NCBI RefSeq assembly: GCF_001194135.2
Contig: NC_068982.1
Span: forward strand, 23,237,713-23,274,029
Origin: Octopus bimaculoides
Taxonomy: Eukaryota
DNA: 36,317 bases
Direction of reading: 5' to 3'
Part shown: positions 23,340-34,876 of the stretch, piece by piece
Position numbering within the stretch: position 1 is the stretch's first letter
Layout: the number at the start of each line of letters is the position of its first letter
Notes under the pieces: generated by a model
Told to the model about the DNA's origin: nothing
The model's input: only the letters and a program-made list of their open reading frames with translations
The model's database searches: none
Made by a program: the position numbers and the translations under genes

Positions 23340-23738
23340 TAGCAGCATAGGCATAACGGCAGAGAGAAAGACGACCAACTGAATGAGATAAATCAGGGCA
23401 AAGCGACTGAAACAGATGACTGAATCTGCACGGAGATATAGACATGATTCTGTTTCTGCTGCACATGACCGACTGGTTAGGGTATCTCAAGAGGAGAATA
23501 TTCTACTTGAGAATAATGGAGATATTTTCTTTGCGATCGTGTAGAACTAGTGGAGTTGACAATCAATCTAAGACTTCTTACAGTCATTCTGATGAAAGAC
23601 AGTTTGCTAATTATCTCCCTGATGTAGGAAATGGTAACATTTCTATTGAACAGAGCCCTAAGCCAGGTGAATTCAAAATCAAACTACCCAATGACCCTTG
23701 CCTTGAAAGTGGTACTCTTTCAGATGTATGTGATTTTG

Positions 23739-23787
<49 letters not shown>

Positions 23788-23795
23788 GTCTGTCC

Positions 23796-23862
<67 letters not shown>

Positions 23863-25032
23863 AAAATCTATCTGATTTTGTATATGCTGGTCTCAAAAAT
23901 ACCTTCACAAACCCTGTGTGGCTTACAAAAAGAACCGTCGTTACCCCAACAAACGAAGCAACACAATAGTGAATGATTTTCTGTTGCCGAGGATCCCTTG
24001 TGAGTTAAAAATATACAGAAGCTCATATACAGTTGATAATACATGTCTGTACCCACTCGAGTTCATCAACAAACTTACTCCATCAGGGTTTCCTCCATAC
24101 ATTCTCAAACTGAAGTAAAAGAAAACGATGCATAATGCTTCTGAGAAATTTAGATGCTACTAATGGACATTGCAATATTACACAATATATCATTGACAGT
24201 GTACTTGATCATGTTACTGAGGCTGCGTTGCTTCTGGTCCTTATGCAGGATCAACTCTACTAATTTCAAGACTACCACATGTATTTCAAGAAATGCAATT
24301 TCCATTTCCTTTTACACGCAGACAATTTTCCTGTTAAGCAAGCTTTTGCCTTGACGTGCAAAAAGGCACAGGGACAGACTTTTGAACAAATTGGAATATA
24401 TCATCCGACACAATTCTCCTCACATGGTTAGCTGTATGTTGCATTATCTAGAGTTGGAAAGAAGGCTAATGTAAAAACAGCTGAGAGAAATGGAAACAGT
24501 ATGATTACTGACAATTGTGTCTACAATGAGATACTACTTTCAAGTAACATATGCTTTTAAACAAGTTGCAGTAAAAATAATTAACACATAAATTATATGT
24601 AAAGTAACATATATTTGTGTGGAATTAAATTGTTTTGGCGTATTTCAACACATGCCGAATGAAGGATATCGTTATACTAGATCATTGTAAATTTGGGTAT
24701 ATTTGACAAAGTAAGGAAACGTCATTCCCATGTGTTCTCACAGCACCAGACGTTTGTGTGTGTGAGTGTGTGTGCATCCCTCCTTCTATCTATCTATCTA
24801 TGCACACCTATGTAAGTTCTACCAATTATTAATGATAAATATATAGAACAGATTGACTCTTTAAGAAAGAGAGATTATGACTGATAAAATAACGAAGGCA
24901 ATATTTACTAAGCAAGTGAGCACTATTATACAAAGAAAGAATTTGACGTAAGATATTAGAATTGGGAATCAAACGTAGAAATGGTATCGAATGGCAAGCA
25001 GAAAACCTCCCGGAAGGCGGTCTTTCTGCTAG
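23340..25032 (+). mobile_element. Internally deleted Helitron: N-terminal-like segment, PIF1-type helicase C-terminus (to ~24560) and intact 3' terminus
   Basis: [12 protein letters not shown]; [14 protein letters not shown]; VVTPTNEA; LYPLEFINKLTPSGFPPYILKLK; IMLLRNLDATNGHCN; FTRRQF/PVKQAFALTCKKAQGQTF; HG*LYVALSRVG. The 3' end is a GC-rich hairpin ACCTCCCGGAAGGCGGT (25005-25021), 7 nt, then CTAG|T (25029-25033). The 5' boundary is uncertain. Confidence 0.9.
23741..23872. repeat. (TCTA)n/(TCTG)n insertion in Helitron helicase flanked by a 10-bp direct repeat
   Basis: TGATTTTGTA at 23731-23740 and 23873-23882. Removing the insert plus one copy restores the in-frame D-V-C-D-F-V-Y-A-G. Confidence 0.9.
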
Positions 25033-25314
25033 TATATGTAATGTAATATAATATGATATAATACAACGTAATATATATATATATANNNNNNNNNNNNNNN
25101 NNNNNNNNNNNNNNNNNNNNNNNNNNNNNNNNNNNNNNNNNNNNNNNNNNNNNNNNNNNNNNNNNNNNNNNNNNNNNNNNNNNNNNNNNNNNNNNNNNNN
25201 NNNNNNNNNNNNNNNNNNNNNNNNNNNNNNNNNNNNNNNNNNNNNNNNNNNNNNNNNNNNNNNNNNNNNNNNNNNNNNNNNNNNNNNNNNNNNNNNNNNN
25301 NNNNNNNNNNNNNN

Positions 25315-25350
<36 letters not shown>

Positions 25351-26424
25351 GCACATACACACATACAGAAAATTTGTAAAAAAAAAACAGACTTGTTTAA
25401 TTTATCTCAGCTGAAACACGAAACCAAGTAGCGGGGTTGAGATGCCGTAATCTTAACGTTTGTTGTGTACTCCATCGGATAGCAATAAACACACAAATGG
25501 AGAACAACATGAATAAGATATACACAACTGCCATCACCAGAAATATCCATGGTTCTTCTCTAACAACACCAACAGCAATTTCCACAATAACAAATGCAAT
25601 AACAACATTAGGAACAACAATACCAGCAGCAGCAGCAACAACAGCATCGACAAGCAATAATAAGAATAACTGCCTTTTGCGTAAGATGCAGTAGATAATA
25701 AGTTGAAACTGCCAATGGAAAAAAGTTTTAGATCTCCGCTGGGACTGGATTCTATTCGCTGTAATGTGCATATCTATATCATATGATCGAATAGATCTCC
25801 ATGTGCAATAAAGATCGATAGATTTTTGTGGATTCTGGATACTATCACTACAGAAAACTGTCAGGCTGGATCCAAGGTTATTTACTTCAACTGCAAACGC
25901 ATTATTTGCGAGAGAAAGAAAAGAAACAAAGCGACATCGGATAGTAGCTAGCCATTGGAAGCCTAACGAGGATTACAAAAGCTATTGATTAAGTAATCTA
26001 TTTATGGTTATTGACTTCTCTCCAGATGGATGTCATCTCCAAGTAGATTGCTTGCATTTACATAGAAAAGATACCGAAGTTCATTGTATCTGTTAGTCGT
26101 TCAATGTGGCTATATTTGCGACTATCTGACGACCTGCAAATATCTATGTATATATGGAATGTTAATACATATAAAAGATTAGGAGTTTATGAATCTTCCT
26201 GCATATGGTCGGTTTTGTATGTGTGTGTATTTTTTTTTTTATGTATGTTATATTATTGTATAGAATTACTCAAATGATTGAATGTAGTTAAGTGTAATCA
26301 CTACATGTAATAGGAAATAGTAGCATTTACGGGGTCATTAACCCCTAGAATGAAGTAGCAAAACAGAATGCCTTTAAGTTAACAATCAAACTAACACATT
26401 CATTTACACACATAATCATGTCTG

Positions 26425-26470
<46 letters not shown>

Positions 26471-27056
26471 NNNNNNNNNNNNNNNNNNNNNNNNNNNNNN
26501 NNNNNNNNNNNNNNNNNNNNNNNNNNNNNNNNNNNNNNNNNNNNNNNNNNNNNNNNNNNNNNNNNNNNNNNNNNNNNNNNNNNNNNNNNNNNNNNNNNNN
26601 NNNNNNNNNNNNNNNNNNNNNNNNNNNNNNNNNNNNNNNNNNNNNNNNNNNNNNNNNNNNNNNATATATATTTATATATACGTATACATACATACATACA
26701 CGCACACATACATACATATACATCCATGTACATAGACAGACGCGTTCTGTTATACATCTCGAATACGCACGCACTTATGTAATGCATATATTCATACATG
26801 TATGTTTGTGTATCATATGTGTACATGTTTGTGTGAGAGCCTACATGTATTTGGGCTTGTAAGTGTGCGCGTGCTCACCCCTTTGTGTTTGTAGTAACAG
26901 GTTACATATGTTAACTTAATGCCACATCATAATTAAAAAAATATAGGCACGTATTCAGTAAAATTGCTCTGTTACTAATTATAACTCATTAGAAATTAGC
27001 GGCGTAAATTTTGACGTAAAATAGATAAAGGCAAGAAAAAAGAAGCTCCTTCCCGA

Positions 27057-27205
27057 ATAGGCATGTATGGCTGAGTGGGAAGATATTCGTTCGGCATCCA
27101 TGTGGCTTCTGGTTCAATCGCAGTCTCGGGTATTTTGGACAAGAAGGTGATCCTTTGTCGGTGAATCTTTTACATGGACAATGCGTAGAAGCCAGTCGTA
27201 TATAC
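27057..27205 (+). mobile_element. Decayed tRNA-derived SINE (third family)
   Basis: GGCATGTATGGCTGAGTGGGAAG (A-box-like) ... TCTGGTTCAATCGCAG (B-box-like) ... AGAAGCCAGTCG followed by (TA/CA)n. A similarly decayed copy may lie at ~34030-34155. Confidence 0.45.
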
Positions 27206-27373
27206 ATACACACACACATATATATAATACTATATATATGTATATATATATATATAGATATGCAGGGCAGGGAATCATCAATTAGGAATAAAATTAATAA
27301 TTAACAATTCTGCCGGGTAGCTCAGTATGAAAAAAACCTTCTTCGGTAAAAAATTTATAATCATAAATATATA

Positions 27374-27550
27374 GGGATTGACAGTAACCTGCTTCTCCAA
27401 CATACTGAGAATTCAGAAATAGCAGTCAAAGAACTACTGAAAATATCGCTATCAATCTGGAGTAATAATTTGTAGTTTTGAAATCAGTAGTTCTTTGACT
27501 GCTTTTTCTGAATTCTCAGTATGTTGGAGAAGCAGGTTACTGTCAATCCC
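27374..27550. mobile_element. Young foldback MITE with 67-bp TIRs inserted in (TA)n
   Basis: 27374-27440 and 27484-27550 are reverse complements with one mismatch, around a 43-bp spacer. TATATA lies on both sides. Confidence 0.9.
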
Positions 27551-27991
27551 TATATANNNNNNNNNNNNNNNNNNNNNNNNNNNNNNNNNNNNNNNNNNNN
27601 NNNNNNNNNNNNNNNNNNNNNNNNNNNNNNNNNNNNNNNNNNNNNNNNNNNNNNNNNNNNNNNNNNNNNNNNNNNNNNNNNNNNNNNNNNNNNNNNNNNN
27701 NNNNNNNNNNNNNNNNNNNNNNNNNNNNNNNNNNNNNNNNNNNNNNNNNNNNNNNNNNNNNNNNNNNNNNNNNNNNNNNNNNNNNNNNNNNNNNNNNNNN
27801 NNNNNNNNNNNNNNNNNNNNNNNNNNNNNNNNNNNNNNNNNNNNNNNNNNNNNNNNNNNNNNNNNNNNNNNNNNNNNNNNNNNNNNNNNNNNNNNNNNNN
27901 NNNNNNNNNNNNNNATATATATATATATACGTATATATATTTGTATACTAACAAATGTGTTTGTGTGTGCGCATATATGCGTATGTGTGTG

Positions 27992-28395
27992 CCAAATAGG
28001 GGTAGACTATCCTGTTCAGGCTATATTATTAATATTATCCTGCGTTTGAGAATTTAAAATCACTTCTTTAACTTTCTAAGACATCTCAAAGCTTCTAAAA
28101 GCAAACTTCGTTTGTTTGTTTACGTTCATAAAGCGAGATTACTATACATCTTAAATTTGCGGAAGATTTTGTGGTGGGGCAGTTTAGATTAATCGGTCTA
28201 GACCACCACGGCGGAGTGCGTTTGCATCTGATAGCTGGCCGCCTACACTTTTTTCTTCCAAATAGGAGTAGCTTATCCTGTTCAGACTATATTATTAGCA
28301 TTATCCTGCGTTTGAGAATTAAAAATTTCTTCTTTAACTTTCTAAGACATCTCAACGCCTCTGAAAGCAAACTACGTTTGTTTGTTTACGTTCAT
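27992..28395 (+). repeat. 138-bp direct repeat (27992-28129 and 28258-28395) with 128-bp unique spacer
   Basis: Ungapped alignment by eye gives 13 mismatches in 138 bp (~91%). Confidence 0.9.
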
Positions 28396-29001
28396 CGTAA
28401 TTTGAATTTAACACACACACACACACACGCACGCACACACACACACACACACACACNNNNNNNNNNNNNNNNNNNNNNNNNNNNNNNNNNNNNNNNNNNN
28501 NNNNNNNNNNNNNNNNNNNNNNNNNNNNNNNNNNNNNNNNNNNNNNNNNNNNNNNNNNNNNNNNNNNNNNNNNNNNNNNNNNNNNNNNNNNNNNNNNNNN
28601 NNNNNNNNNNNNNNNNNNNNNNNNNNNNNNNNNNNNNNNNNNNNNNNNNNNNNNNNNNNNNNNNNNNNNNNNNNNNNNNNNNNNNNNNNNNNNNNNNNNN
28701 NNNNNNNNNNNNNNNNNNNNNNNNNNNNNNNNNNNNNNNNNNNNNNNNNNNNNNNNNNNNNNNNNNNNNNNNNNNNNNNNNNNNNNNNNNNNNNNNNNNN
28801 NNNNNNNNNNNNNNNNNNNNNNNNNNNNNNNNNNNNNNNNNNNNNNNNNNNNNNNNNNNNNNNNNNNNNNNNNNNNNNNNNNNNNNNNNNNNNNNNNNNN
28901 NNNNNNNNNNNNNNNNNNNNNNNNNNNNNNNNNNNNNNNNNNNNNNNNNNNNNNNNNNNNNNNNNNNNNNNNNNNNNNNNNNNNNNNNNNNNNNNNNNNN
29001 N

Positions 29002-29039
<38 letters not shown>

Positions 29040-29653
29040 ATGATATCCACCAATGAGAATTACGAAGCTGGATGAAAACGAATGTGTAAGAAGAGAACAG
29101 ACATAGTTGCGAAGCTTCGTTAACGGTGAGGAGGCCGTATTCGAAAATTAGTCGTACATGTTAATGTTGGAAGTACCTATAAGTTACAGTAGAAATACAA
29201 AGAAATAAAACAGAGAGTGGTGAGAAAAAGAATGACAAATATTGCAAGAAATGGAGAAATAGTGACTGAAATATATAAAGGGTAAAAACTGAGATGTTAT
29301 ATATCAAGACGATACCAGAGAATTGCGGAGAATGATCATAAGAATAAGTGTGAACGACAAAGACATGGTAAAAGATAAATTGAGGAAGAGGGCGAAGAAG
29401 AGCTGGTGCTAGAGTTGCATTAAATAGAGAAGAGTATGGGGTATTGATAGAATCGTGAAAGGTGATATAATAGTACATGAATATTTCATATGAAAAACTT
29501 CAGTAGTGTATTAGAAGTGAAAAGAAGTGAGATAGCGAGAAATTATGTGAGAAAATTGGCGAGATAGAAAGACAAAGAAGGGAGAGCCAAGAGGGAGAGA
29601 AAGAGAGAGGATAGAAAGATAGAGCGAGAGAGTGGGGATAGAGAGATACAGAG

Positions 29654-29697
<44 letters not shown>

Positions 29698-29707
29698 NNN
29701 NNNNNNN

Positions 29708-29745
<38 letters not shown>

Positions 29746-31049
29746 GGGAGAGAGATGTAAACTAAATTAAGGATAAAGATCAAAAAGCGAGAAAGAAGGA
29801 TCAAAATTACGTTCTGTATACAAAGAGCAATGAAAGGAAAATAACAAAAATAGAACAAAAAAAAATGTTTACAGAATTTAAAAAACACAATGTATACACA
29901 TCCCTCTGTTTGTCCATGCATATGTGTGCGTCTTTGTATGTATGTATGTATGTATGTCATTAATCAACTATATTTCAACATTTCCTACCAATAGAGAAGG
30001 AGCCGGTTTCTACCCTAGATCAAAGTCCCTTTCATTGGAATTCCAAATTCAACAACAGGGTACAATTGTTTGTATGTATGTACATGTGCAGATCTGTATG
30101 CATGTATGTATGTATCTTTGTATGTATATATGTGTATATATATACATATGCATATATTATTCATACGTAGGAGACCAAAGTGTACGTACGCCACTATATA
30201 TATATATATATATATATNNNNNNNNNNNNNNNNNNNNNNNNNNNNNNNNNNNNNNNNNNNNNNNNNNNNNNNNNNNNNNNNNNNNNNNNNNNNNNNNNNN
30301 NNNNNNNNNNNNNNNNNNNNNNNNNNNNNNNNNNNNNNNNNNNNNNNNNNNNNNNNNNNNNNNNNNNNNNNNNNNNNNNNNNNNNNNNNNNNNNNNNNNN
30401 NNNNNNNNNNNNNNNNNNNNNNNNNNNNNNNNNNNNNNNNNNNNNNNNNNNNNNNNNNNNNNNNNNNNNNNNNNNNNNNNNNNNNNNNNNNNNNNNNNNN
30501 NNNNNNNNNNNNNNNNNNNNNNNNNNNNNNNNNNNNNNNNNNNNNNNNNNNNNNNNNNNNNNNNNNNNNNNNNNNNNNNNNNNNNNNNNNNNNNNNNNNN
30601 NNNNNNNNNNNNNNNNNNNNNNNNNNNNNNNNNNNNNNNNNNNNNNNNNNNNNNNNNNNNNNNNNNNNNNNNNNNNNNNNNNNNNNNNNNNNNNNNNNNN
30701 NNNNNNNNNNNNNNNNNNNNNNNNNNNNNNNNNNNNNNNNNNNNNNNNNNNNNNNNNNNNNNNNNNNNNNNNNNNNNNNNNNNNNNNNNNNNNNNNNNNN
30801 NNNNNNNNNNNNNNNNNNNNNNNNNNNNNNNNNNNNNNNNNNNNNNNNNNNNNNNNNNNNNNNNNNNNNNNNNNNNNNNNNNNNNNNNNNNNNNNNNNNN
30901 NNNNNNNNNNNNNNNNNNNNNNNNNNNNNNNNNNNNNNNNNNNNNNNNNNNNNNNNNNNNNNNNNNNNNNNNNNNNNNNNNNNNNNNNNNNNNNNNNNNN
31001 NNNNNNNNNNNNNNNNNNNNNNNNNNNNNNNNNNNGTAATAAGAACTAA

Positions 31050-31117
31050 AGATGAAATGAACCCGAACTCAGCTCCTGGCCCTGATGGACACCCAGCATG
31101 TAAGCGAGTCCTAGCTT
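31050..31117 (+). mobile_element. CR1-type LINE pre-RT fragment
   Basis: KDEMNPNSAPGPDGHPA/CKRVLA matches the SAPGPDG.P motif preceding the RT, with an internal deletion. Confidence 0.5.
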
Positions 31118-31119
31118 AC

Positions 31120-31720
31120 ATGTGTGACCTAAAAGCAGGGAATTTTGCTCACTTTAAACAGAACCCTTGATTCAATAACACTGTGTATAAACTCTGTATT
31201 TGGAATTACCAACCTCAAAGACTGTTGGATTTTACTCATAGGATATTGCAATCTTAGTAATGGATTTACAAATGCAATGACTAATCTTAAAAACTATTGG
31301 ATTTTACTCACAGGGTATTGGAATCTTACATGTATACCATTCTGCCTAAACAATAGATTTACGAATACATTATCCCTTCATTCACTCTTTATTTCCTATC
31401 TTATCTAAACTAATTATTGCTTAACCATCTTCTCACACCGTCTCCGATGAAGGGATATAATAACTATCCTGGAAACAGCTGTAAGACTTTCTATTTATAA
31501 ATGTTCTATATTATACACAGCCTTGGTTTTTATATTATAACGAAAAGTAAATCCTTATATTCACACGCTGATATATGACCTGCATTGGACCCCTTATTCG
31601 CATAATCTCCAAACCTGGAGCTTAACTATGGTCTATCCATAGCACTTACTCAGCATTACCTGAAACCTCTGGCTCTAATTGACATCACAGTCGGTCATAA
31701 CCTCTCTCTCCATATATATA
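31120..31720 (+). mobile_element. Candidate non-autonomous PLE-derived element between two CR1 pieces
   Basis: Non-coding. Contains a 49-bp imperfect repeat (31208-31256 / 31280-31328, 41/49 identical) and a hammerhead-like motif. Boundaries are inferred only from the flanking CR1 fragments. Confidence 0.35.
31440..31487 (+). ncRNA. Minimal type-I hammerhead-like motif (U4C core variant)
   Basis: GUCU-CCGAUGA-AGGGAUAUAAUAACUAUCCUG-GAAA-CAGCUG-UA-AGAC. Helix I GUCU/AGAC is perfect, helix II is GGGAUA/UAUCCU, helix III is the palindrome ACAGCUGU, and the triplet is GUA. Conserved U4 is C. Confidence 0.5.
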
Positions 31721-31994
31721 GGTCTCTACTCCCTGGAGCGCAGGCGGGAGAGATATGTAATAATATACATATGGAAAATACTGGAAGGACTGGTGCCAAA
31801 CTTTGGTATCAAGTACTACAGGAATGCCCGCACGGGTCGCCACTGCATGGTGCCAAAGGTACCGTCCACTGCATCTCACATAAGAACGAGATACTGCAGC
31901 AGCCTCGGTTTCAGAGGACCTCAGCTCTTCAATGCCCTGCCAAAACATTTGAGAGACATGCAAGACATGGATGCGGAGGTCTTCAAGACAAAAC
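31721..31994 (+). mobile_element. CR1-clade LINE ORF2 C-terminal fragment, open frame running into gap
   Basis: GLYSLERRRERYVIIYIWKILEGLVPNFGI...TRYCSSLGFRGPQLFNALPKHLRDM..EVFKTK (the SLERRR and GP.LFN.LP motifs). Confidence 0.85.
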
Positions 31995-34804
31995 NNNNNN
32001 NNNNNNNNNNNNNNNNNNNNNNNNNNNNNNNNNNNNNNNNNNNNNNNNNNNNNNNNNNNNNNNNNNNNNNNNNNNNNNNNNNNNNNNNNNNNNNNNNNNN
32101 NNNNNNNNNNNNNNNNNNNNNNNNNNNNNNNNNNNNNNNNNNNNNNNNNNNNNNNNNNNNNNNNNNNNNNNNNNNNNNNNNNNNNNNNNNNNNNNNNNNN
32201 NNNNNNNNNNNNNNNNNNNNNNNNNNNNNNNNNNNNNNNNNNNNNNNNNNNNNNNNNNNNNNNNNNNNNNNNNNNNNNNNNNNNNNNNNNNNNNNNNNNN
32301 NNNNNNNNNNNNNNNNNNNNNNNNNNNNNNNNNNNNNNNNNNNNNNNNNNNNNNNNNNNNNNNNNNNNNNNNNNNNNNNNNNNNNNNNNNNNNNNNNNNN
32401 NNNNNNNNNNNNNNNNNNNNNNNNNNNNNNNNNNNNNNNNNNNNNNNNNNNNNNNNNNNNNNNNNNNNNNNNNNNNNNNNNNNNNNNNNNNNNNNNNNNN
32501 NNNNNNNNNNNNNNNNNNNNNNNNNNNNNNNNNNNNNNNNNNNNNNNNNNNNNNNNNNNNNNNNNNNNNNNNNNNNNNNNNNNNNNNNNNNNNNNNNNNN
32601 NNNNNNNNNNNNNNNNNNNNNNNNNNNNNNNNNNNNNNNNNNNNNNNNNNNNNNNNNNNNNNNNNNNNNNNNNNNNNNNNNNNNNNNNNNNNNNNNNNNN
32701 NNNNNNNNNNNNNNNNNNNNNNNNNNNNNNNNNNNNNNNNNNNNNNNNNNNNNNNNNNNNTATATATATATATATATATATATGCGCACATATGCATATA
32801 TATGCATACATATATAGAAGTGCATGCATGCGTACATACATAAATGCATGCATACAATTTTGTAAATCCTATTAGCAAATAATAAAATGGGTAATGGTGG
32901 ATAAATACCGTCCAAAGTAATTCCGTTCTTCTGTCTTGATACCCATAAGCACACACACACACACAAACTCACAGACACACACACTCACAAATTCGCATGC
33001 GGGCACACACACACGCACAAATGCACATATACATATATTTATTTATTAATGTATTTTCATACATAAATCTAATAAAAAATTACAAACACCCAAATATCTA
33101 GTATCAGGTGAGATCGACACATCACATTTATACATTGAGACATGAGTGTAGGATTCTTTCAGGAGCATATGTCACAAGAGGTCGATAAATTATGCTAGTA
33201 TTCTCCGGAAAATGTTATGAATGTGTGTGTATATGTGTGTGTGTGTGTCTACGTGTGGCAAAGCACATGTATATATATATATATATNNNNNNNNNNNNNN
33301 NNNNNNNNNNNNNNNNNNNNNNNNNNNNNNNNNNNNNNNNNNNNNNNNNNNNNNNNNNNNNNNNNNNNNNNNNNNNNNNNNNNNNNNNNNNNNNNNNNNN
33401 NNNNNNNNNNNNNNNNNNNNNNNNNNNNNNNNNNNNNNNNNNNNNNNNNNNNNNNNNNNNNNNNNNNNNNNNNNNNNNNNNNNNNNNNNNNNNNNNNNNN
33501 NNNNNNNNNNNNNNNNNNNNNNNNNNNNNNNNNNNNNNNNNNNNNNNNNNNNNNNNNNNNNNNNNNNNNNNNNNNNNNNNNNNNNNNNNNNNNNNNNNNN
33601 NNNNNNNNNNNNNNNNNNNNNNNNNNNNNNNNNNNNNNNNNNNNNNNNNNNNNNNNNNNNNNNNNNNNNNNNNNNNNNNNNNNNNNNNNNNNNNNNNNNN
33701 NNNNNNNNNNNNNNNNNNNNNNNNNNNNNNNNNNNNNNNNNNNNNNNNNNNNNNNNNNNNNNNNNNNNNNNNNNNNNNNNNNNNNNNNNNNNNNNNNNNN
33801 NNNNNNNNNNNNNNNNNNNNNNNNNNNNNNNNNNNNNNNNNNNNNNNNNNNNNNNNNNNNNNNNNNNNNNNNNNNNNNNNNNNNNNNNNNNNNNNNNNNN
33901 NNNNNNNNNNNNNNNNNNNNNNNNNNNNNNNNNNNNNNNNNNNNNNNNNNNNNNNNNNNNNNNNNNNNNNNNNNNNNNNNNNNNNNNNNNNNNNNNNNNN
34001 NNNNNNNNNNNNNNNNNNNNNNNNNNNATGCGCATTGCCACAAGCTTCAAGATTCGGACCCACGGCACACCATCTTGGTCAAATATTTTCTCTTAGTTTT
34101 CCAAGCTAACGGAAGACTTGAAGAAGAATTTCGTCGACTTACAAACTCACGGACACACACACAAACACACACACACATTATACAGAAATACAGAGGGAGT
34201 AAAAAGAGAGGGAGAGAGAGAAAGTGAGAGAGAAAGAAGGATAAACTGAAACGAAAATATTTAGTTTGACTAGAGCTATTAACAGTAATGATACATCAGT
34301 TGTAGTATCTGCATGCTAAACACACACACACATACACACACACGCACACAAGCACACATACGCATACACACAGCACGTGAACACACATTCTAGGAAGTTA
34401 AAAATTTTTGATTAATTGTAATTATTTTAGCACTTAGAAGAACGAAATTTTCTCTAGGCGTGATTAATATCTAAAAGCAGCGTGCAAGGTCAACAGCATC
34501 AATAAATAGTGGCTAGGTCAAATATTTTTGAAAATACATACAATGCAATTAAGAGTGCAGCTGGCTTAAAAACCAAGAATATTGAATCTGTGCTTGCATA
34601 TGTGTGAGTGTGAGTGTGAGCGTGTCTGTGTATGTGTGTGTAATGGAAAGGGGAGTGTTGCTTTCGGAGTTTCGTTTTAACTGTCCTTTGGCGAATGCAT
34701 ATTTTACGTTAAATAAGATTCTATCTATTCACAAGAATTGAGAAATTTCGTCTCAAAGTATATCGATTTAGTGTGATACCATCTACGTTTATATGCATAC
34801 ACAT

Positions 34805-34844
34805 GGTGCTCCACCATGGCCGTGGTCAAATGACTGAAAAATAG

Positions 34845-34845
<1 letters not shown>
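34805..34845 (+). mobile_element. Short SINE 3'-tail fragment
   Basis: GGTGCTCCACCATGGCCGTGGTCAAATGACTGAAA. A related inverse piece GCTGCGGCCATGCTGGGGCACCGC is at ~20175-20198. Assignment from memory. Confidence 0.35.

Positions 34846-34876
<31 letters not shown>

Noticed and set aside
25397-25771. Thr/Ala-rich and hydrophobic ORFs on the two strands
   Set aside because: Explained by a decayed (CAA/CAG)n tract.
26010-26100. Good-looking splice acceptor TTGACTTCTCTCCAG at 26011-26025
   Set aside because: All frames close within ~25 codons and there is no clear donor; cannot be supported without RNA data.
29113-29160. Hammerhead-like ..GGTGAGGAGGCCGTATTCGAAAATTAGTC
   Set aside because: The CUGANGA core is absent and helices I and III do not pair.
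27992-31328. CRISPR-like or LTR interpretation of the direct repeats
   Set aside because: Eukaryotic context, only two diverged copies of each repeat, no cas genes, and no TG...CA, PBS or PPT.
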